A stretch of DNA of 64,000 nt from Felis catus (taxonomy: Eukaryota), in assembly GCF_018350175.1 (NCBI RefSeq), contig NC_058368.1, forward strand, positions 47,060,001 to 47,124,000, read 5' to 3'. Of the stretch, positions 12,501-23,499 are shown piece by piece. The position numbers and the translations under genes are program-made. How positions within the stretch are numbered: the first letter of the stretch is position 1; each line of letters opens with the position of its first letter. The notes under the pieces were generated by a model. The model was given only the letters and a program-made list of their open reading frames with translations. It was not told the origin of the DNA and ran no database searches.

Positions 12501-13208
12501 TGCTCATTGGTTTTGCTTTTAAATTCCACATATGAGTGAACTATGGTATTTGTCTTTCTCTGACTGGTTTATTTCATTTAGCATAATACTCTAGCTCCAT
12601 CCACATTATTGCAAATGGCAAGATTTCATTTTTTTTATCACTGAGTAATATTCCATTTTTGTGTGTGTGCGTGTGTGTGTGTGTATCACCTCTTCTTTAT
12701 CCATTTATCAGTCGATGGACACTTGTACTGTTTCCATAATTTAGCTATTGTAGATAATGCTGCTATACACACTGGAGTGCAAGTATCCTTTTGAATTAAT
12801 TTTTGTATTCTTTGGGTAAATACCTAGTAGTGCAGTAGCTGGGTAGTAGGGTAGTTCTATTTTTAACGTTTGAGGAATCTTCATACTGTGCTCCAGAGTG
12901 GGTGCATTCCACTTTGCATTCCAGTTTGCATTCCCACCAACAATGCAGGAGAAGTATAGGGAACAAAAAAAAAAAAAAGGAAGAGAGAGGAAGAGGCAAA
13001 CCAATAAGCAGACTCATAATTATAGAACAAACTGATGGTTAGCAGAGAGGAGGTAGGTGAAGGGGGGTGGATTAAATGGGTGATGGGGGTTGAGGAGTGC
13101 ACTTGTGATGAACACCACGTGTTGTATGGAAGTGTTGAATCACTATATTGTACACCTGAAACTAGTATTACACTGTATGTTAACTGGAATTTAAATAACC
13201 TTCAAAAA
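12501..13208. mobile_element. Second LINE-1 3' end with 5' inversion (antisense 12501 to about 12951, sense about 12952-13208), nested in the host L1
   Basis: TSD aaaagagaaccttc (12487-12500) / aaaagggaaccttc (13209-13222). The host L1 sequence resumes after the TSD. Confidence 0.88.
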
Positions 13209-13493
13209 AAAAGGGAACCTTCATACACAGTTGGTGGAAATGTAAATTGGTGCAACCACTGTGGAAAACATAATGGGGGTTCTCGAAAAATTAAAAATAG
13301 AGCTCCCATATAATCTACGAATTCTACTTCTTGGTATTCATCCAAAGAAAATAAGAATATCAATTGAAAGAGACATATGTACCCCTATGTTTATTGCAGC
13401 ATTGCTTACAATGCAACTTGGGTTGCTTCCACATTTTGACTATTGTTTACAAGTGCCCATCAATTCATGAGTACATTAAGAAGATGTGGTATT

Positions 13494-13715
13494 GGGGCGC
13501 CTGGGTGGCGCAGTCGGTTGAGCGTCCGACTTCAGCCAGGTCACGATCTCGCAGTCCGTGAGTTCGAGCCCCGCGTCGGGCTCTGGGCTGATGGCTCAGA
13601 GCCTGGAGCGTGTTTCCGATTCTGTGTCTCCCTCTCTCTCTGACCCTCCCCCGTTCATGCTCTGTCTCTCTCTGTCCCAAAAAATAAATAAAAACGTTGG
13701 GGAAAAAAAAAAAAG
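13494..13715 (+). mobile_element. Young SINEC_Fc-type CAN-SINE nested in L1
   Basis: Near-consensus body. TSD aagaagatgtggtat at 13478-13492 and 13716-13730. Confidence 0.95.
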
Positions 13716-14010
13716 AAGAAGATGTGGTATGTATATGTAGTAGAATATTACTGAATCATAAAAATGAATGAAATCTTGCTATTTGCAACATGGATGGACC
13801 TAGAGGGTATTATGGGTAAGTGAAATAAGTCAGACAGAGAAAGACAAATACCATAAGACTTTACTTATATGTGGAATCTGAAAAACAAGACTAGTGAACA
13901 AATAAAACAGAAACAGACTCATAGATACAGAAAACAAGCTGCTGGTTAGCATAGTAGGTGTTCAGAGGTGAGCAAAATAGGTAAATGAGGATTAAGATGT
14001 ACAAACTTTT

Positions 14011-14233
14011 GGGGCGCCTGAGTGGCTCAGTCAGGCGTCCGATTCTTGGTGTTGGTTCAGGTCATGATCTCACAGTTGTGGGTTCAGGTCCCCCATTGGG
14101 CTTTGTGCTCATAGCACAAAACTTGCTTGAGATTCTCTCTTCTTCTCTCTCTGCCCCTTCTCTGCTCATTCTCTCTCTCTCACTTTCTCTCTCTGTCTCT
14201 CAAAATAAATAAACATTTAAAAAATTTTTTAAA
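14011..14233 (+). mobile_element. Older CAN-SINE nested in L1 3'UTR
   Basis: SINEC head, (CT)n, A tail. Degenerate TSD aagatgtacaaacttt / aagatgcacaaatttt. Confidence 0.9.
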
Positions 14234-14517
14234 AAGATGCACAAATTTTCAGTTATAAAATAAATAAGTCATGAGAATACAATGTACATCATAGGGGATA
14301 TAGGCAATAAAATTGCAATAATATTGTATGGTGAAAGGTAATAACTAGACTTACTATGGGGACATTTTGTAATGTGCAAAAATATTGAACCACAATGATG
14401 CACACCTGAAACTAATAGGATATTGTATGTCAACTATACTTCAAAAAAAAAAAAAGTACTCTTTCCACCTACTACCAAAGTCACAAAAGATTTCTTCTGC
14501 ATTCTCTTCCATTAGCT

Positions 14518-15772
14518 TGTCCAAGATAAACAAAGTTAGACAATATTTAAAGCAGTCAGAAAAGGTTTTATTCAGTAAAACTACTGTAATAGGGAAAAGG
14601 GTTCAGCATGAGCTAAACTCAGTTGTACTGACACAAAAAGCTGCAGAGTTTTTAAAGACTGGGGTGTGCTAAGGGAGAGGTACTAAGGAATGTGAAGGGG
14701 AGTTAGTTCATGTGAATGTGACTAGGTCATGTGGATTTGTTAACTGGCATTTATCCAGAGGAGAAATAGACTTCTATCTTTATGACAGGAGGCAGTGGTA
14801 CAAATTGAAGGAAGGTACCTATGCAAATTAGGCCCTTACCTTACCACAGGGTATTAGAGAGAGCTAGAACCATCTCATTTCACTGTGATGGCTCTCAGGT
14901 CCTTGAGGAAACAGTTTGGGGTGGTAGTTTTATATCTCAAAGGGCAAAGAGAGGATTTATAATTGTAAGCCTTCTAAAACTCTAAGACATGATTCAGGGG
15001 TTGTATTTATTAGGGTTTTCCAGAGAAATATAACCAATAGGATCTATCTATCTATCTATCATCGGAGAGATATTCATTGTAAGAAAATAGCCCACATGAT
15101 TATGGAGGATGAGGAGTCCCAAGATTAGCAGTTGGTGAGCTGGAAACTCAGGAAAGCCAAAGTGTAGCTCCAGTCCAAGTCTGAAGGCCTGAGAATCAGG
15201 GGAGCCGATGATGTAAACTCCAGTTCAAAAGCTGACAGGCTTGAGATCCAAGAAGATCTGATGTTTCTGAGTCTGAAGGCTAGAATAAAACAATGCCCTA
15301 GCTCAACTGGTCAGGCAGGAGGAGTCCTCTCTTACTCAAGGGAGGGTCAGCTTTTTAGCTTTATTCAGTCCTTCAACTCATTGGATAAAGCCCACCCACA
15401 TTAGAAAGAGCAATGTGCTTTATTCAGTCTACCAATTCAAATGTTAATTTCATCTAAAAACACCCTCACAGATACACCCAGAATAATGTTTGACTAAATA
15501 TCTGGGCACCCTATAGCCCATTAAATTTGATATGTAAAATTAACTATCCTAGGGATCTATTTGCCTATTACCAGGCATTGGCTGGAACAAGTAGTAAATT
15601 ATCCTGATAGTGTTGAGCTTTCTCAGGTAGGCATTTTAAGGGGTGGGGAGGGGGGCTGGGATCATCTGAGGGACACAGCCTTATGCTTCTAGAAGCCATG
15701 CTAGAGTTCAGTCATTTCCTAGTGCAAAGGTCCAGATGGAGTCATTATGTGTCAAGAATCCTGTAGTACTCA
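14518..15772 (-). mobile_element. Solo LTR, MER67-like (ERV1/MER4 group), split by an MLT2 insertion
   Basis: TG...CA ends. ttgagctttctcaggtaggcattttaagggg...agaagccatgctagagtt resembles the recalled antisense MER67 consensus. Family name tentative. Confidence 0.6.
15002..15549 (-). mobile_element. MLT2B-like solo LTR (ERVL)
   Basis: Typical MLT2 motifs: tgtatttattagggttttccagagaaa..., tccaagtctgaaggcctgagaa, aacaccctcacagatacacccagaataatgttt, aaaattaactatc. Confidence 0.85.
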
Positions 15773-15779
15773 AGCTTTG

Positions 15780-18010
15780 GAATTTACCTTTCAAATTAAT
15801 CCATCTGGAATGTGTACTATTTGCATATTTTGAATGTTTTAGAATGTAACAACACAATTATTTTTCACCATAAAGCAATACTGTTTTCTTCACATTATCT
15901 AATAAATATTCTCTCCTTTTCCCTACTATTTTGATGTCATTTCCATCACATATCTCTTTGTTTCCAAATTCTCTCTTCTGATCCTTTGACATATTTGTTT
16001 CTACACCAGTGCCATGCTTTTGTTGTTACTTTGGCTTTTTAATATAACTCAGTGACTATAGGGCAAATATTCCTTCTTTTTTCTTTAAAAAAAATTATAT
16101 AGTTATTTGTAGACCTTGTTTTTCTTTGTATGGTTTAAAATCAGTGTGTCAAGTACCTGGAAAAAGTATTGTGAAAATATTTATTAAAATCATACTGAAT
16201 ATGTAGAGTAATTTGGAAAAAAAGTGGTAACTTTAAAAACTAAGTTAATACCATCAATGAAAGTGACATAACTATATCTTTTCAGGTCTTCTTTTGCCTT
16301 TTAATACTATTTATAAATCATCTTTATAGGAGTCTTGTATTCCTAGTTTAATTCCTAAATACAACCTAATTACTGTTTCTCATGGAATTAGTATTTTATT
16401 TTTATTATTTTTTAGGTAAATGACATTGACATAACAGAAAGTGGAGGGTTTTTCAATTTGTCTTGCATCCAGCAACCGTGCCAAACTTCCATATTAATTC
16501 TAAGAATTTGTTCTTTGGTTGTGTTTTATATGGGGATGATCTCATTTGTAAATCATGACAGTTTTATCCCTTCCTTTCCAAATCTGATCACTGTCCTCTT
16601 TGTCTTCCATTTTGTGTATATTCTGGCCAGGATTTTCAATGGTATGTTGAATTAGAGCAGCGGCTGTAGACTTCATTGTCTTGTTCCCAACTTTAAGAAA
16701 CTGCATCTAAAATGTGACTATTAAGAATGACATTTGATTCACGTTTTTGGTTTTGGTAGATTAAAAATATAATTGAATTCAATGCTTTATTTTTATCTTG
16801 TATTTTTGGTATGTACCTATTTGATCATGATGTATTATTAAATAATATTTCTTTATGATTTTATACTTATATGAACAATGGGCCATAATTTTCTTTCCTT
16901 ACTGTTTTTATTCTGTTTTGGTAGCAAGTTTTTGTACCTTCATAAAATAATTAGAATATTATTCCCCCTTTTTTTCCTATTTTTACAAGTTACTTATATC
17001 AATAGATTTATTAAATGTGCTTCACAATTTTGGAGAAAATTTCTCACAAAACCTTATGAATCTGGACTTTTGGTGTGTGTTGGAGCATTTAAAAAATTTT
17101 TTTTAATGTTTATTCATTTTTTTGAGAGACAGAGATGGAGCACGAGTGGGGGAGGGACACAGAGAGGGAAACACAGAATCTGCAGCAGGCTCCAGGCTCT
17201 GAGCTGTCAGCACAGAGTCTGATGCGGGGCTCGAACTCACAAACTGTGAAGTCATGACCTGAGCTGAAGCCAGAAGCTGAAGCGACTGAGCCACCCAGGC
17301 GCCCCTAGAGCATTTTAAAGTTTTGATTACCAATTCAGTTTTCTATTCATCAAAATGTTGGCATTTTGCACTTTAAAAAATATATTTCTTTCATTCATGT
17401 TATCACATTTAATAAAATAGAACTGTTAATAATACTCTTTTCATTATGTTATGGAGGCTGTAAATTATATCTTTTTACCTTATTCTGCTTATTTGGGCAT
17501 GAATTTTTTTTCATTTTTTCTTTAAGTGTCTTCCCAAACATTCCCTGTCTTATTAAACTTTTGGAAGAAACATCTTTCCAATTTTAAAATATCCTCTACT
17601 TGTTCATTTCTTCTTCATTATTTTTTGCCCTTTATGTATCATTCCTCTTAGTTCTTAAGGCAAATGCTTGATGCAGTTGTCTCTGTCTCTTTTGTTTTTT
17701 GAATGAATGTATTTAAAGCTATAACTTTCTCTCTTTTTTTTTTAAGTTTTTTTGTTTGTTTTGTTTGTTTTGGTTTAGGTCCCAGAAATGTATTATGTTG
17801 CACTTCGGTTGTTTAATTTTAAGCATTTTCTGTTTCTAAATTTTATAACCCCAAAATTATTTAGTAATTGGTTCTTTAAAAACTACAGAATAATGCAGGA
17901 TTTTAAAAAGCTCTGTATTTGTTATTAAGTCTTAATTTTATTATTTATTCTTTGAAATTAGTGAGGGTTTCTTTTTCCTCAATGAACTGTTCTCTGTTAG
18001 ATATAGTTTC
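15780..18010 (-). mobile_element. Ancient antisense LINE-1 ORF2 remnant
   Basis: Motifs such as ttgcatccagcaacc..., ctggccaggattttcaatggtatgttgaat...ttgtcttgttccc. Boundaries approximate. Confidence 0.6.
17097..17305 (-). mobile_element. CAN-SINE
   Basis: Antisense SINEC with flanking gagcattt repeats (TSD). Confidence 0.93.
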
Positions 18011-18127
18011 ATATATATCCATACAGGTGCACACACATACACATACCCACAGGAGGAAGGAAGGGAGGGGGGAGAAAAAGAGAAGAAGAGAGAGGTACAG
18101 GAGGGGGGTGGGGAGGGAAAGAAAGAG

Positions 18128-19040
18128 GCAGTCCCCTTTTCTGTTACCACAATTTAGTTAAATAACACCAGTCCCTCAACAACACAGCTCAAATTTCAAT
18201 TACCATGGCATGTTAACTATGAGTAATTGCATAAAGTTCAAACTTCACTGCTAGCTTTTCAGTCCATAAATCACTACGTAAATAACAGATACATAACTAA
18301 GTGACCAGTCACATCACTTCTTTCAAAATCTGTCTGTAATTGGTCACTGCGCGTCTGTTACCCAGTTTTCACACAGACGGCCAAGTGTGCAGTTTTGTTT
18401 GTTGCCTTCCTGTCTCCCAGTGAAAACCCCATATACTAATACACGCAAATGGATAATCAAAGGAGGGAATTAGGAAACAAAGATAAGCTTGCGGAGAAGA
18501 AATGGAAAGAGACGAGGCTGGAAATGAAATTCAAATTGAACATAAGTAGAATTACAGAAAAAATAGGTGGCCGTGGGAATGTTTTTGCTGCCACTGTTGG
18601 AGAGACTGTGGATGCGACGCCAAAGAAACTTAACGAAGGCGAACTTATGGCCGTAAAAAGGGAAAGTACGTCAAAAAGGATGCAGAGACCTCAGAGGAAA
18701 TGATGCCAGCAAAACTTCACATTAAAAGAACTCTGAAAGATCATTTCACAACATGGAAAGTGCACAAGATAAACTGTTGAAAGCTGTTCAAACATAGGAA
18801 AGAGTATGACAATTCTCCAAAGCATAAAAAAGATACTTCCTTCATACCATGTTATGCAATGAGATGAAGGCAAGCGATGCCCAAATTACTCTTGATAATT
18901 TTTTTTACAAGGAAAATACTAATTCCCAATTTTGTAACGTTTTAAATTACAGTGTGCTAAGTAAACATTAGTTTTACTATTTTTTTTTATTTTCTATATA
19001 TTTCCATCTGCCAGTAATAGAGTTCATAATGTTTTGAGAA
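18128..19040 (+). mobile_element. Tigger6a-like non-autonomous Tc1/mariner (pogo) DNA transposon, 3' end missing
   Basis: ttagttaaataacaccagtccctcaacaacac...aaatggataatcaaaggagggaatt matches the recalled Tigger6a consensus. ORF 18449-18703 (MDNQRRELGNKD...) is an internally deleted transposase remnant. Confidence 0.75.
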
Positions 19041-19042
19041 AA

Positions 19043-19200
19043 CAAGCCCACGTTGGGCTCCACACTAACAGTACACAGCCTGTTTGGGATTCTCTGTCTC
19101 TCCTTTCTCTCTGCCCCTCCCGTGCTTGATCTCTCTCTCTCTCTCTCCCTCTCCCTCTCTCAAAAATAAATAAATAAACATTTAAAAAAGAAAGAAAGAA
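19043..19200 (+). mobile_element. 5'-truncated CAN-SINE
   Basis: SINEC 3' half (caagcccacgttgggctcc...gggattctctgtctc), (CT)n and A-rich tail. Confidence 0.85.
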
Positions 19201-19267
19201 ACGTGTTATTCAGAGTGGCTAGCTAAACTCGAACTCACATATACAACTGCCTGCTGAAGATCTCCAC

Positions 19268-19388
19268 CAGGACCAGCTTCTGGGACATGTGACCTCTGCA
19301 GCCACGGGGGCCACATGCTTGGCTGATGTCTTGCCGTTTTCATCCCGAAATCTAAACTAGGGTCCCACAAATGATATAGCCAGTCCTG
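19268..19388. mobile_element. MER91-like hAT MITE inserted in an L2 remnant
   Basis: Terminal inverted repeats caggaccagct...agccagtcctg. Internal sequence resembles MER91. Confidence 0.6.
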
Positions 19389-20536
19389 GTCTCAACGTTA
19401 AATGTTACATGCCCATATCAACTTTCTCCCTTAAACTTCTCCTTTCCAGTGCTCCTTGGCTCAATAAGGGGCAGCTTTTCACTCTGCGCCTTCGCCAGAG
19501 ACCCAGGACTAATCTTTCTTGACCCCTGCCTATTCCTCACACCACAGACCACTAATCTTCAAGGATTCCGGATCTTAGGTCTAGGATCTCTAGACATCTA
19601 ATTCTTTCTAATCTGTTTGCTAGCACTTACACCAAATGGCCATCTTTCCTTGTCTGCTCTACTGCAATGACTCCACCTTCCTACCCATGCTTCCTGTGCC
19701 CTATTTCTCTCTCATACGCAGGTACAGGGATTATTGGTCTTCCGGCACCACGAGGCTTACAACCAATGGGGAATGTGGAAGAAAAGTAACTGTAAAATAC
19801 GATAGACTGAAATACGTGCTAAACCAATGATTCAATCATATGCTGTAGGACCCAGTAGGAAGACATCTTTAATTGTGACTGATGGGGGAAAGGGGTCAGG
19901 TAAAGGAAGATTTTCATTTTAGCATTATAAGGTTGTGATGCATTAATTCTAAAACATATTCTAAAATTTTGATTTAAACATTTTTTCTCCTCAAACTAAC
20001 TCCATGTTTAATCTAGATTTCTTATTGATAATTAATTTTGCAGACCTGATACCAATTGGTAATGTGTGTCCTTCCTCTAGTCTTTCCCTCTGTAATTCAT
20101 CCTTACGTTGTTGCAGAATTTTTCTTTCTAAATTGTAAATTATGCCACTCTCCTGCTGATATGCCCCCAGCGAGTACATAATAAAGCCCTTCCTCTCTAG
20201 AGTAGCATGTGTGGTTTTTCACCAGCTGGTATCAGTATCCTTTCTAGCCTCGTTCTCAACTCCCTGTCTGTCCCTCCATTCACACTCCCCATCAACCACT
20301 GCATCTGATTGAAGAATGCCCTGACCACTCTCCTTGGGCTATTCTCCAGCCTGGAGTGTCCTTCACACCTGTGTCCATCTGGCAAGCACCTATTGTCTTT
20401 TCAATTCTTACTCATATGCTATATTTTCTCTGTGCATTTCTCTTAGCCATCCCTTCAGCTCTTCAACCTCCCACCCCAGGAAATAAATCATTCCATTATT
20501 ATACATACAGTGCTATTATAGTATTTGCTATATTGT

Positions 20537-20707
20537 ATATATTGTCAGTTTCAAGATGCACATTTTTTTACACTTTAATATCCCTGAAAACAGATTGTGC
20601 CTTATAATGGCAAAAATATTATTGTTGGGCGTAATTTATTTCTTAGTGTCACATAAAATAATGGTGCATCTTACAATTGATAGCACCTTAGATTAGATAA
20701 AATATGG
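20537..20707. mobile_element. MER104-like (Tc2-type) DNA transposon fossil
   Basis: aagatgcacatttttt...tgcatcttacaattgatagcaccttagattagataaaatatgg resembles the recalled MER104 consensus. Confidence 0.6.
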
Positions 20708-21218
20708 CAGTTCTTTATTATGAATCTGCCTCCCTTTCTAGACTGTGAATGCCTTATGTACTGCAATACTCTAATTCACATAAGGCATAATATATATGTA
20801 TTCCATAAGTAAAAAGTTGTCTAATTGAGTGGGTGGTACATGCACTTCAGCACAGAAGATAGAAGAAATATTAAAAGGTAATATAAAATACAATTAAGGG
20901 TACATGGGATCTATCTGTACTGTAATTTGCAACTTCCTGTGAGTCCTGATTTATTTATAATCCAAAATCTTTTGGGGGGAATAAATCCGCAGAAATCCAT
21001 TAAAAAGATGGTATGGTTTGACACCATTGTAGACTGAAATCTACGTGACATATAAGGACTCAATAACTAGTCGCTATTTTACATATTATTGACTGGTCCT
21101 TGACCTATCACAATTATCTTGGTCACGTAACTGGCTACCAGAATTTATGGGGTGTCTATTCAAGGCCTCTTGTTGTTAATAGACATTCCCTATGCCTTGA
21201 TCCTATGACCATTCTGTG

Positions 21219-21219
<1 letters not shown>

Positions 21220-21253
<34 letters not shown>
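21220..21253. repeat. (CA)~17 microsatellite
   Basis: Perfect dinucleotide run. Confidence 0.97.
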
Positions 21254-21257
<4 letters not shown>

Positions 21258-21492
21258 CTTAACTTCACTTTTAATCAAAAAAGTGGCCTCCTCCCAGTAG
21301 TCAAGATGCACAGTCTATGTAATAGTTAAAATTCCAAGTCTCACTTAATGTTAAATTCCCTTCACCTCCACCTCCCACCCCTCACTGGGTCTGCTGCAGC
21401 AGACACAGAAGACTGATAACTTCTTTCCTCTCCACTACACTTCTACTCACATCCTTTGCCCTTCTTTCTTCTCAAGATGCTTCAGGATTTTT

Positions 21493-21812
21493 CTAGGTTG
21501 GTGGGGGAGGCAGCACAGGTATTAAGTGGGAACAAAGTCTACTTGACTGGCACCGTGGCAAACAGACAATGGATTCTTCCAGGACTGGAGAGTTTTTAGA
21601 CTCGACATTCTCAGGGCTTTGCAAATGGGCAAACCTGTCTTCCTCATGGGCACCTTTGTGTGTTTCCCGTGTGGTGGGAGCTTCCTGGTGGACAGCCGTC
21701 TTGGCAAGGGCAATGTCTTCTGCTAAATGCCGAATGTCGTTAGCCCTCAGCGTAGCCCACTTTCTCTGCTCTGCTGCCTTAAGTGGCTGGAACAGCCTGT
21801 TGCCTTTGAGCC
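21493..21812 (-). other. Candidate coding exon or pseudogene fragment (unassigned, 105 aa, no Met)
   Basis: Stop-free frame (G)LKGNRLFQPLKAAEQRKWATLRANDIRHLAEDIALAKTAVHQEAPTTRETHKGAHEEDRFAHLQSPENVESKNSPVLEESIVCLPRCQSSRLCSHLIPVLPPPPT*, starting at a CAG immediately after in-frame stops. Protein not recognised; polypyrimidine tract weak. Confidence 0.25.
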
Positions 21813-22048
21813 CTGATTATGGTCAGCACCAGACTCAAACATCAGGATCATTAGTAAGCTCCTCAAATACAAAGCCCTGCCTCCCACAAAAGTGGAGACA
21901 AGGGAGAAGAGGCCCTCCCTTATCCCCTGTTGGGGGTAGGAAAAGAGGGAAAATGCCACACTGTTCCAATATTTTACAAAGTTAGTAGCCTCTCTACTTT
22001 CTAACTTTAACCCTTTCATATGTTCAAAGTAGCTGTTTGCTGAGGTTT

Positions 22049-22269
22049 AAAAAAATTTTTTTTTCAACGTTTATTTATTTTTTTGGGACAGAGAGAGACA
22101 GAGCATGAACGGGGGAGGGGCAGAGAGAGAAGGAGACACAGAATCAGAAACAGGCTCCAGGCTCCGAGCCATCAGCCCAGAGCCCGACGCGGGTCTCGAA
22201 CTCACGGACCGCGAGATCGTGACCTGGCTGAAGTCGGACGCTTAACTGACTGCGCCACCCAGGCGCCCC
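22049..22269 (-). mobile_element. Young SINEC_Fc-type CAN-SINE
   Basis: Near-consensus body. TSD ttgctgaggttt at 22037-22048 and 22270-22281. Confidence 0.96.
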
Positions 22270-22602
22270 TTGCTGAGGTTTTTAAATTCGTGGTCTGCCC
22301 CCTCCTTCGCAAGTTTTGCCCTGTGTCACTTTACCTGCCCTCCATGGCATTAAGGTCCCAGCCAACTTGGAGGCACAAACACTTTGTTTATAGCAACAAT
22401 TTGTTCTGTGAAAAAAGAGCACGAAACACAGGATATCAGGGCATCCTGTTGTTAATAGCAATGTCTTTTCTGGACAAGGGATTTTTGAATAATCAGGAAC
22501 TTTAAAAAGATCAAAATCTTTGTGTTTGTTTCCAAATCATATCATGTACTCATTTAAGATATTTAATCATTTTAACATGCGTTCAAGAATATCTATGTTT
22601 CT

Positions 22603-22827
22603 GGGGCGCCTGGGTGGCGCATTGGGTTAAGCGTCCGACTTCAGCCAGGTCACGATCTCGCGGTCCGTGAGTTCGAGACCCGCGTCGGGCTCTGGGCTGA
22701 TGGCTCAGAGCCTGGAGCCTGTTTCCGATTCTGTGTCTCCCTCTCTCTCTGCCACTCCCCTGTTCATGCTCTGTCTCTCTCTGTCCTAAAAATAAAATAA
22801 AACATTGAAAAAAAAATTAAAAAAAAA
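22603..22827 (+). mobile_element. Young SINEC_Fc-type CAN-SINE
   Basis: Near-consensus body. Perfect 18-bp TSD aagaatatctatgtttct at 22585-22602 and 22828-22845. Confidence 0.97.
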
Positions 22828-23499
22828 AAGAATATCTATGTTTCTGTCAAATGGAACATGAGAATTGAGAAAATTTCAATTATAAATTAAACAAAATTAC
22901 ACCAAATAGTATTAAAGACAAATACATATGATAACATAAGTTATCTTTGTACTTTAGCTGAAATTCCACTTTAAGAACTTTTATTGAAGAGAATATGTCT
23001 CAACAATGGCACTTCATCAATATTTTGACATTTGAGATGTAAGCATGAAACATACTTTTAAAACAAGTGAAATAAAATCTGTGGACAATTTTGAGTGAGT
23101 TTTACATCTAATTCCACAAAGATAGCAAGGATTGTGTGTGTATGAGTGCATGTGCATGTGTGGATACACATTTATACATATATATATTATATATGTGTAT
23201 TATATATATAATATATATATCCACATACATAATATATATACCTAAATAAACTATGATCAGACCTTGCTTCTAATGTATATTGAATTCCTAAGATATCTTT
23301 CTGAAGTGGCTTTGTGTGATTTTGATGATCTTGTTTAATAAGGCATTTAAAAACAAAACGACAAATCTGAATAAAATATCCACTCTTTAAAGTCTAAGTC
23401 AAAGGCTATACACATGGAAGGCTGAAAAATAACCAGCTTTTAAATTCTGTCCTTTCAACAATACAACTGCACTTTCAAATGTGCTTTGTTGTTTTCTTT

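Larger units (their letters stand above)
11841..14456 (+). mobile_element. Carnivore LINE-1 3' portion (host element, interrupted by 3 SINEs and a second L1)
   Basis: ORF2 motifs [20 protein letters not shown] and LKIELPYNLRILLLGIHPK, then 3'UTR and poly-A at about 14443-14455. Confidence 0.9.

Noticed and set aside
18449..18703. Possible domesticated TIGD/pogo gene
   Set aside because: Short, frameshifted and lacking the DDE domain; matches the internally deleted non-autonomous Tigger structure.
21569..21985. 138-aa plus-strand ORF
   Set aside because: S/L/W-rich composition with no recognisable homology; better explained as the antisense shadow of the minus-strand frame or as chance.
22083..22505. 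Recurrent MGQRETEHERG... ORFs (also 13465-13680, 59051-59338) resembling a gene family
   Set aside because: All are translations of the antisense CAN-SINE consensus.
23134..23242. TG/TA alternating tract
   Set aside because: Ordinary degenerate microsatellite.
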